From Psammoneis japonica (lineage: Eukaryota): a stretch of DNA of 64,000 nucleotides. The position numbers were made by a program, and so were the translations under genes. Of the stretch, positions 1 through 12,763 are shown one piece after another; the stretch's first letter is position 1, and each line of letters opens with the position of its first letter. The notes below the pieces were generated by a model that did no database searches, was not told where the DNA came from, and worked only from the letters and a program-made list of their open reading frames with translations. The stretch lies in the NCBI GenBank assembly GCA_008632985.1, contig QPGO01000041.1:310001-374000 (forward strand), in the 5' to 3' direction.

Positions 1-341
1 CAATGACATCTCGATCATCATGTGGCCCGCACATGTTCTGGCATGTTTTGTGCAGGAAACTCTGTGGTGTGCGTGTTGAGCCAAATCCGCAAGAGCACCG
101 GAACACATTTTTCGCCACCGTCTGTCTGAATTCAGCCGGCGGTGCGGTCGACGCACAGACACTCACGATGGAGAGTTCGCTTGCTCGCTCGCCATCGCGC
201 GCTCTTGCAAGGCCTTCACGTCCGTCCGCCTCCCGTCATATCCTGTTTTGCTCGTTCTTTTTGAGAAAGTTTGAGCGAGACGCGAGACGCCATGACGGCG
301 ACTCGTAGGGCCCAGCGTATGTTGTTGAGCAAGCTGGCAGC

Positions 342-1013
342 ATGACTGTGTCTTTTCTAGGTGTATACCTTACTGTGGTTCTGATTTTTATCCATCAGGT
401 GAACTGCAACGTTCACTCCGCTCCCGTGAAGGTGCCATACCGGCTAGGAAACTTCTCATCTTCTGGATTACCGTGCGAGACATCAGCACCTCCACCTCGA
501 CATGTAGTACCAATCAGGGAGCGGCTATCACGATTCTGGAACAGATACGCTCGTCTCTTTCGACTCGGGATCTTTTTGTACTTTTCAAGCGGTGCAATCG
601 TTTCCATCTATTCCAATTCTTGGGAGGCTGTACGAGATCCCGATCTTGTGTTTCGTAAACGCATCCGACTCGAGGGGGAACGAGCCATTGTCAAGCAGCG
701 CGTAACTCGTGACGAACTGCGTAGGAAACTTGTTGGTATAGGTTACACACCACGCTTGGTTTGGCTCTTGGGTGGCATCCTGCGAGGTTTCATCATGTGC
801 ACTTCGTTGCCACTCATCTTTGATCCACCAATTGGCTTTGGTGCTGGCGCCGTCACTGCTGCACGGTTCGTACACCGAGAGTGGCTCCCCTGTTTCATGC
901 TGGGTTGGTATGGAAGTGAGATTTACTGGAGAGTAATTTTCGGCCTTGATGGACCACCTGCGGATGAAAGATTTAATGGGGTTCCTATCACGATTTCGAA
1001 AATACGGTTTTGA
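342..1013 (+). CDS. Hypothetical membrane protein (223 aa)
   Basis: ATG-initiated ORF with a hydrophobic N-terminus and several hydrophobic segments; normal Tyr and TpA content. Confidence 0.6.
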   Translation: MTVSFLGVYLTVVLIFIHQVNCNVHSAPVKVPYRLGNFSSSGLPCETSAPPPRHVVPIRERLSRFWNRYARLFRLGIFLYFSSGAIVSIYSNSWEAVRDPDLVFRKRIRLEGERAIVKQRVTRDELRRKLVGIGYTPRLVWLLGGILRGFIMCTSLPLIFDPPIGFGAGAVTAARFVHREWLPCFMLGWYGSEIYWRVIFGLDGPPADERFNGVPITISKIRF

Positions 1014-1461
1014 GAATCGTAATTTTTTCCAGAACATCTGATCTGATGAAACCAAAAGTTACATGATAGCCCTAGAGATTAGCCGCAAGACATTGGCAGG
1101 TGTGAAGCAGCTTCTCTGTAACCGACCGGGACAAACAATGCCGGCACCAACAACGCTTTGCACGCCTTTTTTCCAAGAGTAACTGCACCTTCGTGTGGTT
1201 CAAAAGCAGCAAATTTCACCAAGACCACGCGATTCGCATTGTTTCAGTTTTCACGAATGGCCAAAAGGAGGCGGGGCGAGACGAGCAATATCAATACCAT
1301 TAAAAGGGTGTGACGTTGGGATTGCCGGGTTTTCCTTGCGTAGCTCGAGGCGTGTGGACCGGGTTCCGACGAACAATTCCTCTGACTAGGAAATCTTTTT
1401 CACCGGTGAGTGTTTTCAGGAGTTGTCAACATTTGGATTCTGAAAGCCTCTGTCATGGTAG

Positions 1462-2463
1462 ATGCTGCGTGTTTCTCGTGGCCATTGCGGCACGGCTCAT
1501 AGCATGGTTTCTGTGAGCTTTCGAGATATACTACATAGGCCACAAAAGAAGCCTTACACTCGGGACTGGATGACGGCATTAGGCAAATTCAGTGGAGACT
1601 TTAAAAAGGAATCATTGACTCCAGGATCAAGATTATTCTGGATGGCTTGTTCAAGAGGAAAAGCGCCTTCCCGCTCCACGCATGGGAGACGCTTCTCCTC
1701 ATATCAAACCGGGAAAGAGGTGTAAAGTTTATGTACGAGGAGGTTCATGAATGTGAGCACCTGCTTCGAAAGGTGCCGAACTTTCTCATGCTTAACGCCA
1801 CTCGATATCAACTTTTTCCTCTGAATCGAGGTAAGCTCGAAAGCAGTTCCGAAGGTATGGTAATAACTATCAACCAGAAGTGGAAACCGCTTACAAAGGA
1901 AATGGAAGTCATATTTTCTGAGCTATGGGATGCAGAATTCGACTTGCGTAAGGAGATGGGCACTCCCCTGAGACGGTTTTATACTGTACGGCATGCACAT
2001 GGCCAAGTTGCTGAACCTACCGTACGACATGAGGACATGGGGGAATCGTCGGATGTTTTGAAACAGGCGAATAAGGCCTTTTGCTGGTGTGCTACGCCGC
2101 ATACTAGGTGCACTCATTACTGTAAGTCCACCTTCCAGAACTGGGCCAAATCCAAATAAAATGGCTTTGCCTTTCAGGCAGACTTTATCTTCCTGACGCC
2201 TGAGCAGGGCGCGGCGTTGCAACACCTCGCTTAACAGAATGATGTATTGGATGACGAACATGAAATTCCCTTGTCGAGGATACCACTTCAAGTTTGGGAG
2301 TAGCATCCACTCTGGCGCATCATTTCGTTGGCATTTTTTTCGAGAGCAAAGGACTACCACACGTGGTGAATCGGGTGAAGGACCAAAACTGAGCGTCTTA
2401 AGGGTGAAACCGTACATCTATCAAAATAAGGCACGAAAAGACTATGGTAATCTTCCGTTATAG
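1462..2463 (+). other. Possible interrupted coding region of unknown function
   Basis: Staggered ORFs 1462-1725, 1647-2159 and 2239-2463 with protein-like composition; no recognisable motif. Confidence 0.25.
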
Positions 2464-2871
2464 TCGATTTGTTTGAGCTGTTAAAAGATTTGTCGACATC
2501 TGCTGGGTGAACTGTCCCTCCCATTGGCATTTATCAAACTGTCGATATATTATTTGTCAGGCCTCCCTGCACTGCCCATTTTAGATGAACCCTTGCGTTT
2601 TCCTACTGAAACAAGAAATAGGCTTCTAGCTTCAGTATACTGGCGGCTGGTTGGCATAGACTTGGGTACCGCACGCCGCGTTGGCTAACAACAAGTTCGA
2701 TTGAGTTCTTTTATGCCGCCATTCATTACTACGTTATCATGGGGAAAAAACGAAGCCACTGGAATTCTATAGTTGCACCTTTCCTCTTTTGTCTTAGATA
2801 AATTTTCCATAATGCTGCTCTTTCTACTCCAAAGTTGTATTCCAGCATCGTAATCATGGATTTAAATGCCC

Positions 2872-3435
2872 TCAAGTTCTTGAGTTGCTATTGTTGTGTT
2901 GTGACATTTGTTTTGAAATCCATGCAGCACCCTTCTTGACGCCCTTGGACGACTTTTCTGTCACGTGATGCTTTTCATTGATTTTCTGTAGCCTCTTCCC
3001 CGTCCATGACGCTCCCTTTTTCACATTTCGAGAAGTCTTTTCCACGACGTGATGCTTTTCGTCCATCTTTTTAAACTTGTTCCCAGTCCATGTGGCGCCC
3101 TTAGCCACCGATTCACCGGTACCGCGAGCTACTTGTCCAGCCTTGCCGTTCGTGGTGGCAACCACGGCCGCACCGGCGGCGGCTGCTAATCCAACCACGG
3201 GACCCATCAAGACCAAACCGGCAAGACCTCCTGCCGCCGCGGCACCACCCAATTGTCGTCCGGTCGCTCCAGCCAACTCGTCGTCGTCATGGTTGACGCC
3301 ACTCTCATCCAGGTCATACTCTTCTGAATAGCCAAAGCTGTTTGATGGTGGAGCACTTGAGAAGGAACTAGTCGCTGTCATGTTGCTGCTGATACTTTCG
3401 CTGATCTTTTGATGAAGTGTTGGGTGTGCTTTCAT
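2872..3435 (-). CDS. Hypothetical protein with Gly/Ala-zipper hydrophobic segment and repeated KxxEKHHV-EK-S motif
   Basis: ORF of 187 aa containing GGAAAAGGLAGLVLMGPVVGLAAAAGAAVVAT and two to three imperfect C-terminal repeats. Confidence 0.65.
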   Translation of the reverse strand: MKAHPTLHQKISESISSNMTATSSFSSAPPSNSFGYSEEYDLDESGVNHDDDELAGATGRQLGGAAAAGGLAGLVLMGPVVGLAAAAGAAVVATTNGKAGQVARGTGESVAKGATWTGNKFKKMDEKHHVVEKTSRNVKKGASWTGKRLQKINEKHHVTEKSSKGVKKGAAWISKQMSQHNNSNSRT

Positions 3436-3699
3436 CGTGCCGTTTCCAGCGTTTTGTGGCGGCGATATTCAACGCACGCGGTGGCACGATACTGTATGAT
3501 TGAGTCGTGAGACAGACACACGAATGAAACCTGGGTCACGATCACCCACTCTAACTACAAACGGACAAACTCACAAACTCCAAGTTGCTGACATGCAGAC
3601 GTCACGACAACGACAGAGTGTCTGCTCTCTACTCTAGCTCTAGAGAGAGTAGAACAGCATTGAGTCCAAGAAACGCTTCACTACTTTTATGCTAGTGCC

Positions 3700-6600
3700 A
3701 TGGTGATGCACCTTCTGGTGCATGGATTCAACTGGATCCAATCATGAAAAGAACATCGAAAACTTGACAACTCATTTTTGCTTGCGTCAAGTCAATGACC
3801 TCCGCTTGCTTTGGTTTCTTGGCAACCTGCCCTGCTTGGACATCAATGCTCACAGGATCTGGTGCCTTCTTGTGCTTGTTTCTCACCTGGGCACCAATCT
3901 CCTTTGGAAAAAGCTCCATGAGTTCCTTGAACGAGTGCTCTCGTCGTCTTTGTGTGCTCTTTCAATTGCTGCAGCCTCGTTCTTGCTGGTGGCACAACAA
4001 TTGTCACTCAAGCTCAATGAACTGCCAAACCCACCACACTCGGATCAACCACACCTGCCTCCTGTGCTGCAGTTGCATGAAAGGGAAGAGAGCGATGAAA
4101 CATTTTGCTTGAGCTTCGTGATTGTTTTGTGGCGCCAGTTTCCTCTGCCGCCCGGCTGGCAGCCACTCCCAGCGATGTTGCCGGACACAATGAGAGGATG
4201 CAATTGCACATCAAGGTTCAACCAATCCTTCTTGGGGACTTTGTTGTCAAAAGTGCTCATGCACAGGCTCTTTCACAAGAACGCAGCAGAGTTGAAATCT
4301 CAGAAGATTTCTTGATGTCCTCCATTGCTTCGTCTTGACTCTTTCTCAGTTTGGCATCTGACACAGCCAAAATTTCCTGAGGTTCATCAACTTTTGTGTC
4401 TGTTGATGCTGTGTCTGAAGAAGAAGATGATGATGAAGAAGATGCAACCTTGGTGTCCTTGGCATCCCCACATCGGAGCCGTTCTTGAGTGATGCTGGTT
4501 CTTTCTCAGTCTCGCTTCCTGCATTTGACACATCCTTGCCTGTGGGACAAATCATGGTGCTGTCTTGGAGAGGCAAAATCTGATCTTTCCTCTCCACATT
4601 CACCACTCAAATGTTTTTTATTTGCTGTTTGCATCCTCTCAATTGTCAGTTGATCATGTGTGCAAAATTCTGTGTGGTGTTTTTAAAAAAGCTCATCCAG
4701 TCACAAAGGGCTTGTGACATTTCAGTTTTTTTGTTTGGCACTGTGAACTCTCAGGAGCACAGAATGTAAACACATGACTCTCATCATTGTGCTCCATTGT
4801 TCCTTGCTTTCCATCTTTTCACTTTGCTTTTGAGAAAAAGTCACAACCTCTGCTGCATCTTGGCAAATCTCAAAAATGCCTTTTTGCTCAACCCTGCCTT
4901 CTCAATCCAACCCCCCCCCCCAATCACCGAAAACAAGTCAAAAAATTTCCACACAACACAAAAAATTTGACCAAGATTGGCCATCTGCCAGCTTTGATTG
5001 TGTGTCCATGCATGAGAGGAGCCAAGGTTTTGACATGTTGTTTTGCTGAGTTTCTCTCAAATGTTCTTTTCCACAGAACTCAACTCACAAAAATGCTGCA
5101 CCCCCTCAACTGTCACAACTTGTTCCCCCCAATCATGACTTGAAGCTGCCACACTGTGTTGATTGTCAACCACACTTCCTTTGCAGTGTCCCCACTTGCT
5201 GCAGCATGCTTCAAGTGGAATGACACTCCAAAATGAAAGAGCCCGGGTCTTTCAGACAAAACAAAAACAGAAGAAAATGGCTGGGCAGCGCAGGAGATGC
5301 TGAAACAAAAAAGCCAGTTTCAAGTGCTGCTGCGCCTTTGCCCAGCAACACCAGTGCCAGCTGACCCTCACTTCTGGCACACCCCACCAGGGGTGCGGCA
5401 GAAGAAAATCTCTCACACAATCAGCCAGTGGTCAGTGCGCCACTTTGTGGCGATGCACGCTGGACACCAGGGACAACTTTTGTTGAAACAAATTTGTGCA
5501 CAAGAGCAAGGAGGTCATTGCTTTCTTTTAGAGAGGACACAAAGCACCCAAGCCACCACAGCAAAGAATGATCACATTGACCCCACTCCCAGCGCGAACC
5601 ATGCAGTGGTTCACCGCGCGAAATCACGAATGCGCGCGATTCCTGCCCCGAACCATCAAGTGGTTCGCGGCAAGCCAAAAACGAACCGACAGACGATGGG
5701 CAAAAGTGCAAAAGATGATGAGACATCTACAATGACATCACATCAGATGATGCAGCAACATCTGTTTGACAACATGTGTGCTTTGTTTCAGTGGTTTACT
5801 GTGTTCTTAAACTCATCCGCACTGCTGCCGTCTTGTTCATCGTGAGCCTCATTTTTCTGGTTCAATTTTGCATTCGACCCTCTGGCACAAATTGCCACGC
5901 ACATTTCTACGCTCGTCCTCCCGAACCACCTCATGGTTCACCAATTCTGCGGGGCTCCCGGTGCTTGTCTACGCAGCAAACCGCTCAATGGTTCGACATT
6001 TTTTTCTGGTGCTGCCCCACAGCTGTTTCTACGGGGTGAGAAAATCACCGACAACGACCATGACGGTGATTTGACGGCGACCGAGCTCCACACACGAGTG
6101 GCCGCTGACAACACAATGCATTGACAACAATGGCTTTTTGCCTCTGTTAAAAGGTTGCATCTGTGTGGGTGCTGCTTCATTGTGTCAGTTGCGAGTTTTA
6201 CGCTGCGCAAGTTGCAAACCACTGAGTGGTTCGATTTTTTGCCCGAGTGGGGTTAAGAAAATGATTCAAAATTGGCACAAACTCTGGGAGAAAACCTTGC
6301 TTCCAAGGATGGGCCTTGTCTTCAACAAAGGCGCTGACTGAGCCTCGCATTTGCGCGCACCAGAACAAAAGCAAACAGCTCAGAGCAGTGAGGTTTTGGC
6401 AGGTTGGCAAGCAGAAGAAGGGATGTTCAGGACTTGCAGGTGCAAAACAGGGAGCCTTGGCAATGTGACCAGAAGGACATTGGAAGAAACATTGTTCTCA
6501 CATGGAATTGAAGTGGGGCAGGGGGGTGGGGTGGTGTCTTGAAAACAGCTGAGAGCTCTCAAGTGATCAATGGCAAAGGGGATGAGGCAGATGCCGGTGT

Positions 6601-9600
6601 CATTCAGGGCGGATGTGAGGGTTGCTTCATGCTGGGTTTCTCGTGTGCTCCGCCCCCCCCTGCCGCAGTGTTGGAAGACTGTTGACATCATCAACACAAC
6701 ACGTTGCCCGGCACGGCAACGCCACAGCATTTTGGTGCACGATGCCGCACACTGGGCTCAGGCCCAATGCGCAGTGTGCAAATTGGGGTTTTTCTGTGAG
6801 CAGAATGCGCGGTGCATTGCGCAGAGTGTGCACTGCGTAGAATGCATGTGGTGCAGTGCCAGGATCAGTGCCAAGGTGTTTCATTGCTTGTCTGGCCGGT
6901 GACAACACGCAATTTGCTGCTTCTCGATTGCATTTTACATCGCTGCTGCTGCATCACATTGCTGGCACATCACATTGCTGCTGCATCGCATTGATCACAT
7001 TGCTGCCACACTGCATTGCCACCAAATCACACCGCCCTTTTGCCAAGGAGAAAAAATGAAACAACAAAATTGCACCACGCAAGCACACTTGAGCTGAGAA
7101 AGAGCCATCTTGACTCCAGGCTTCTCTTGTGGCACCACTGATTGTCTTGATTGACATCACATCCCTTGTGCAAACGAGAAAAGAGACGCAACAAAATGGC
7201 ATCATGCAATGTGTTTTGCTGAACTGTCTCAACAACGCACTTGAGCTGAGAAAAAACTCGCTCGACGGAAGCACTGGAAAGTTGCGCGAGGACCACAAGA
7301 CGCGCCGCTTCAGACATGGCTAAATGCGTCTCGTGGTGAACACGCCACCATCCCCAAACCCTCCTTGCAACCTCTGCATCATCTTCTTTCCAAGCCAGTC
7401 GGTCCATGTGTCCGTCAAGGTTGCTTCTGTCATGCTCCTCTCCAGCTTCTTCCTGCTTTTTCAATGCAAGCGTGGTGTCACACTCATCCGATCCTTCAAG
7501 AGTGGTCCAATGCTCATCTTCCATTTCATCAATCTTCTCCTTGTACACCTTCAGCTCCTCTTTGAAATTCGTGATGAATGCAGGGCGGTTGAACTCTGGG
7601 AATTCGAAATGCGCCAACTTGTCAACCAACATCTCCATGTGAGGCATCGACTTGCCCTTCATCTTTAAAGGATTGAGGACGGATGCACCATGGCATGCTT
7701 GACAAATGTTGCAGTGTGGGCCTGAAGGAGAAAGGAACTTGTCTCGGCAATGCTCAAAGCCTGGAGCGACACACTGTTTCCCGTGATTTTCAAAGTCATC
7801 GCAGTCAACAGTTTCCTCTCCTTCCAATCAGAAAAAGACTTCTCTGCAACCTTGAGAGCTTCCTCGGCTTCCTTTACAGTTGCCTTGGCTTGTTGCTGTG
7901 CATCCCGTGCCGCTTGCAGCTCGGGGGGAAACCCGGTTGTTTGCGAGTTCATTGCAATTCCGACCGATGCGCTGACGCTTTGAGGCCCGTTCACCAACAT
8001 TTTCTCTGATGGGCACCGCCTCTTCAACCAGTAAATCGGCCTCTGACAATGCATCAGTTGCATCAACAAGTTTGGTTCTTGCTTGCTCTGCATCTGCAAG
8101 GAAGGGTTGCTGCAACGCACTCATGGCCTCGACGGCCTCAGGCACGGCGGCATTAAGGTTTTGCCAAGTCATTTCTCCAACAATGTTCTCGCCAACACCA
8201 ATCTTGTTGCCAAGTCTTGTAACAACAGTGTGCCCAACAAACACAAGGGGGGCATCACCCTCCGACACATGACAAGCGCGACAAAGGGGGTCGCCACCAT
8301 CAATGACTGCACCAAGTTCAACTGTCGCTCTGGCAAACTGGACCGGATCATTTGACATTTCACTCACCTTCTCTGAACTCTTCTCGGAATGCTTCTTTTC
8401 CTGCAGATGGTGACACAACCTTTAAGGCGACTGAGGCCAATGCCAATGCACTGTGCCGCTTGCTCGAAAAATGGACACCACCGGGCCCCTCCACTCTTGA
8501 TTGCTCGCTGGCCAAACATTTCACTAAAAACCGATCACGCTTTGCACAAGCTGCACTTCACCACACCCGCAAAAGCACCAAGCAACGCTTTTCCCGTGGG
8601 GCATTCAAACTTGCCGCTGGCGTCATTTGTTCCATGGGCGGTGCAAGGCACCTCAACCGGCGTGCCTTTTGTTTCATCCTTGACAATGGCGATTGCTTTG
8701 CCATTGGCACCAGCATGATCCATCATGGAAGCACGCCAATCGATCGCATCCAAGCTGCACTGTTTCAACACTTTCACAATTTCTCCAGCTGGCTGGTCTG
8801 CATTCAATGAGGTGTCACACAGCTTGCACTCAAGCAGCAACTCCCGAATGTTCCAATCCTTGTCAATGAATTGAACCTTTATGACGAGCACTTCTGCAAA
8901 GAATGGGGATCCATCAACGGTTGCGGAGAACTGAGGGTGGGCTTCTTTGATCTGCTTTTGGATCCAAGCTTGGCACGTCTTGAGCACAGGGGGCATCAAA
9001 TCTGTAAGACCCCTGACGCCGCCGATGCTAAGTCCCTCACCGGCAATTCCCTCCAAGACATCTTGGATTTCATTCAGTGCATTGAATGCCATGTTGCCTT
9101 TGCAGAACATGTCCAAAATCCTGATTCTGAATTTTGTCAGCCTTTCGTCTGGCTCCCGCAAATCGTTCTCCTTCTGACAGAGTCGCACTTGCTCGCACCT
9201 CTTGTTTTCATGCTCTTCATCTGCCAGTTTCTTCTTTTTCTTGTCGCTGTGAGACTTTGAAGCAATGTGACGGCACAAATTCCTCCATGCAACCTGCTCA
9301 TTGTTGCAACACTCACAGAAAACAAGCCCTTCATGCCACGTGATTGGTTCGCTGGTGCTGCTTGGAGAGGGACATTTGACACTGCCCTCAGTAAAACCTG
9401 CACTCACAAACTTCTTGCAGCTGTCCAATGTTCTAGTCTCCTTCTTGCAGTCCGCATCTCCCTTGGCCTTGCTCTTGGATGAATTTGAGGCTTTGCGAAT
9501 CTTTCTCTCACGCATGCTTTTGTGCTCTGGAGCCTCTTGAAAGTCGCCATCCTCAGACAAACGGGCGTCTTGCTCCTTTTCTTCACTGGAGGAGGGGTCG

Positions 9601-10270
9601 TCGACGTTGATGAACTCGGGTGCGGGTGCCACACTGCTTGCTGCACCCTTTTTCCTTGCTGCTTCGGATCCATCGATCGCCTTCACTTCAGACACCACTG
9701 GTTCGGCCAACTTCATCAAACGAAGATGCTTGCATGCGAGCTCGTGGTTTCCCACGTTCTTTTCGCGCTCGCTCCTTCCCTTGGTAGACGCGTGCACATG
9801 GCGCGCCGATTTCACCAGTTTCATCACATCTTGGCGCTTTGCTTCGGTTTCTTCCTTGCTCTCCTGCAACACCTTCACAACAGCTGCGTCATGCGCATCT
9901 GGATCACAATCAGAACAAAATTTGTCGATCTCTTGATTTATCCCATTCCGCTTCCGCTCGAGATCGCACCAGTTCTCAAGCTTTCCAACAGATTTGAGCA
10001 GGTTTTCGAAGCGCTCACAATCCTCGCCAAAGTTCTTCTCAGACGTCTTGAACAAAGAAGCAATTGACTTCATGGCTGTCGGTTTCTTGGCTGGTGGTTG
10101 CATGGCCGCTCCTTTCTTCACCGCACATTTCTTTTTTGTAGCTTCTTTGGCAGTGGTTTTCTCAGCGGCTTTCTTTGAAGTCGCCAACGCTTTTTTTGGC
10201 TTTTCTGCCTCTGATTTCTTCTTCTTCTTCCCACTGAACATGACGACTGCTGCGACAATGAGCAAGCATC
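3700..10270. other. TpA-depleted hypermutated repeat domain 1
   Basis: Very few TA dinucleotides and excess TG/CA; translations are rich in Cys/His and nearly Tyr-free; TA returns at about 10277 and left of about 3695. Confidence 0.9.
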
Positions 10271-10508
10271 TCTTGTGTAAACAGATGGCACCGTACAGGA
10301 ACGGCAACAGCGCTTCAGATGTCGACTCGCTGTGCTGTTTGATGCCTCCTTTGTATGTCATGGTCTAGTGCGCAGAGTCGTCAATTGGATTGTCGTGCGT
10401 CTTGCCGTCGTCCAGTACCAGGCACACGTAGAATTGTACGCACTGCGCAAACTGCCAAAAAAAGGTGCACATTTTGGGGTTTGGGAGTGCGCATTGGGCC
10501 AGGGCCTA
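6753..10508 (-). mobile_element. Full-length hAT-superfamily DNA transposon, decayed
   Basis: Perfect 8-bp TSD CCGCACAC (6745-6752 and 10509-10516); 21-bp TIRs TGGGCTCAGGCCCAATGCGCA (6753-6773) vs revcomp of 10488-10508 TAGGCCCTGGCCCAATGCGCA (18/21); internal hAT transposase. Confidence 0.9.
7100..10240 (-). pseudogene. hAT transposase pseudogene
   Basis: Zn finger CECC...RHIASKSH; first catalytic region FSATVDGS; MMDHAGAN...PCTAH (D...CxxH); C-terminal dimerisation motif LSSASVERVFS; broken by a TGA stop and frameshifts. Confidence 0.85.
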
Positions 10509-10700
10509 CCGCACACGCACCCGCGCATTGAGCATCAACGCCACAACAACAACGCACAACAGCAACAAGAACGGTCGCGGACGGCGACATTTGTGTGTTG
10601 TTGACATTGGTTCAAACGGCGCATCTTGAATCAAAAGGCCCGTGTAACATTCTCTTGCATAGTTTGTTGTTGGCGAAAACATACAGATAACAGCAGCAGC

Positions 10701-11615
10701 ATGACGGTTCTTTCGAAGAACAGAAACACCTTGTGCGCTGCTGCTGCAGCGCCGCCACCACTCTCGGTGGACTTGTATTCGTCTTCGATGCTCTTGGCAA
10801 CATCGTCTTCACGACAAAAGACGCAAGTCGCACGTATTTTGGAAAATGACGATCGCCCTCTGTTGAGCGATCGTCAAAAGCCTCTGTCACACTTTTATCC
10901 CAGGGCTCTTGTGGTAAGCACGGTGCGAGTCGTGATGAAGCAGGTTGCCGAGTCGTTGGCACACTTTTTATCCGATAAGTTGGAAAAGGAAACCAATGTA
11001 GATAAGCTAGTCGATAAAGGCGAATTGACTGTTGACCAAGCCGACAAGCAGGTGGCCGATTGGGAAGACGAGCAATGGGAAATCCGCACCAAGGCGTTCC
11101 CGAGCAAGGCGTGGACAGCCCTGTGGAAATACCATGTCGTGACAATCTTGTGTCGTGTCTACGAGGGCATGACGGATGTGTGGCTTAAAGACGATGTAGC
11201 GTTGGACAAGCTGACACAGGACGTGTTCAAGAGCGGCATTCGCACCTCGAAGCAAAAAGAGGAACAGCCGCGAGTTGTGATGCGAGAAATGTTTGTAACC
11301 TGTCTCTGGGCCAATGCGTTTTTGTATTTGGCGGACTTTTCGCTTCACGAAATTATCATTAGTGTTTCGTGGTATCGTATTCAAAAACGTCGTCGTTTGA
11401 CCAAGGACAAAAAGTTGGAGGATATCGATGAGGACGAGGCGAACAAAGAAAAGGGACTGGCATTCAAGTCTGCTTCGCTGGCTGTATCTCGGTTTGTTGG
11501 ATGGGTGGCGGCCTCAGCCGGTGGAGCTGTCGGAACGATTGTTTATCCTGGATGGGGAACTCTGGTGGGTGTCAACATGGGCGACAGCATGGTCGCGTCT
11601 CTCTTTGAAATGTAA
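10701..11615 (+). CDS. Hypothetical membrane protein with C-terminal glycine zipper
   Basis: Long ORF, first ATG at 10701, ending ...ASAGGAVGTIVYPGWGTLVGVNMGD; start codon uncertain. Confidence 0.75.
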   Translation: MTVLSKNRNTLCAAAAAPPPLSVDLYSSSMLLATSSSRQKTQVARILENDDRPLLSDRQKPLSHFYPRALVVSTVRVVMKQVAESLAHFLSDKLEKETNVDKLVDKGELTVDQADKQVADWEDEQWEIRTKAFPSKAWTALWKYHVVTILCRVYEGMTDVWLKDDVALDKLTQDVFKSGIRTSKQKEEQPRVVMREMFVTCLWANAFLYLADFSLHEIIISVSWYRIQKRRRLTKDKKLEDIDEDEANKEKGLAFKSASLAVSRFVGWVAASAGGAVGTIVYPGWGTLVGVNMGDSMVASLFEM

Positions 11616-12085
11616 AAAAGGGCGCATTGGCGTTTACTAAGGAATAAATTTTAACTTCTGTGAAACGCTGGATAAGAAGTACCGAAACTAAGTAGTGGTG
11701 GCCATAAACAGCTGCCATATAAGTTAGGGCTAGTCGATTTTCTCTAGCGTCCATATGCTACATAGGGAGGCCTTCCGCTCTTTACTAGTAGCTTAGAGTT
11801 TGAAGTAGACTCTACTAACTCTATCTCTACTCTAGCTACTAGAGTACAGTAGAGAGTGTTTGCATGCCAAGAGAGAGGAGCGAGCTCAGTACCGGTACGT
11901 CATCGACTGCTTTTGTCTATTCTACGTATATCCACGTATCTGTCTAGTATGCAAAGATCCAGATTTTGATTTTCATCGTTGTTCTTCGAAGCCACCGCAC
12001 CTCTGTTGTCTGTTGCTCTTGCTGGTGAAAAAGCTCCAGCTGTTGCTATCATACTGAATGCAGTACCATTTATCAACAACAAACA

Positions 12086-12763
12086 ATGGCACCCTCCATC
12101 AAACTCACGTACTTTGACCTTGAAGGCCGAGCCGAGCCGGTTCGTCTCGCTCTGGCGTTGAGCGGAACCGACTATGAGGATGATCGAATCAAGTTTCCCG
12201 AGTGGGCGACGGTCAAACCCACCACGCCGTATGGCAAGGTGCCCGTCATGAGCATTGATGGCGGTCCAGTCAAGTCACAGAGCGGAGCCATGTTGCGTTG
12301 GGTGGGATCCAACTTTAGCGAGACGCTCTATCCCAAGTCTTGTATTTTTGAGATTGAAGAAGCCATTGGATTGGTTCAAGATATGCAGGATTCGTGGGGT
12401 CCCAATCTGTACATTGGGATGCGTCCTCAAAGTTATGGATATCCCGAGGGATACAGCAAGACCGACGAGGGTAAGGCTCTTGTCAAGAAGATGCGAGAAA
12501 CGTGGGTTCAGGAGGAACTTCCAAAGTGGATGGGGTATCTCGAGCAAATGTTGGAAAAGAATGGTGGAGTGTGGTTGGCCAGCAAGGATGCACCCACCAT
12601 TGCCGACTGTGTGGCGGTGCCTACCCTACGTAACTTTACTCGTGGTTTCATGGATCACGTTCCCGCTGACTCGCTCGACAAGTACCCCAAGATTGTGGAT
12701 TACATCAAGCGCTTTGTTGCCTTGGAACCAATCAAGGGCAGGTACAGTGATGGAATTCATTAG
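12086..12763 (+). CDS. Glutathione S-transferase (sigma-like)
   Basis: IKLTYFDLEGRAEPVRLAL, TPYGKVPV, SQSGAMLR and PTIAD motifs. Confidence 0.92.
   Translation: MAPSIKLTYFDLEGRAEPVRLALALSGTDYEDDRIKFPEWATVKPTTPYGKVPVMSIDGGPVKSQSGAMLRWVGSNFSETLYPKSCIFEIEEAIGLVQDMQDSWGPNLYIGMRPQSYGYPEGYSKTDEGKALVKKMRETWVQEELPKWMGYLEQMLEKNGGVWLASKDAPTIADCVAVPTLRNFTRGFMDHVPADSLDKYPKIVDYIKRFVALEPIKGRYSDGIH

Noticed and set aside
3722..6740. Named element for the left part of domain 1
   Set aside because: Coding-like fragments are present, but no termini, TSD or diagnostic motif could be found by eye.
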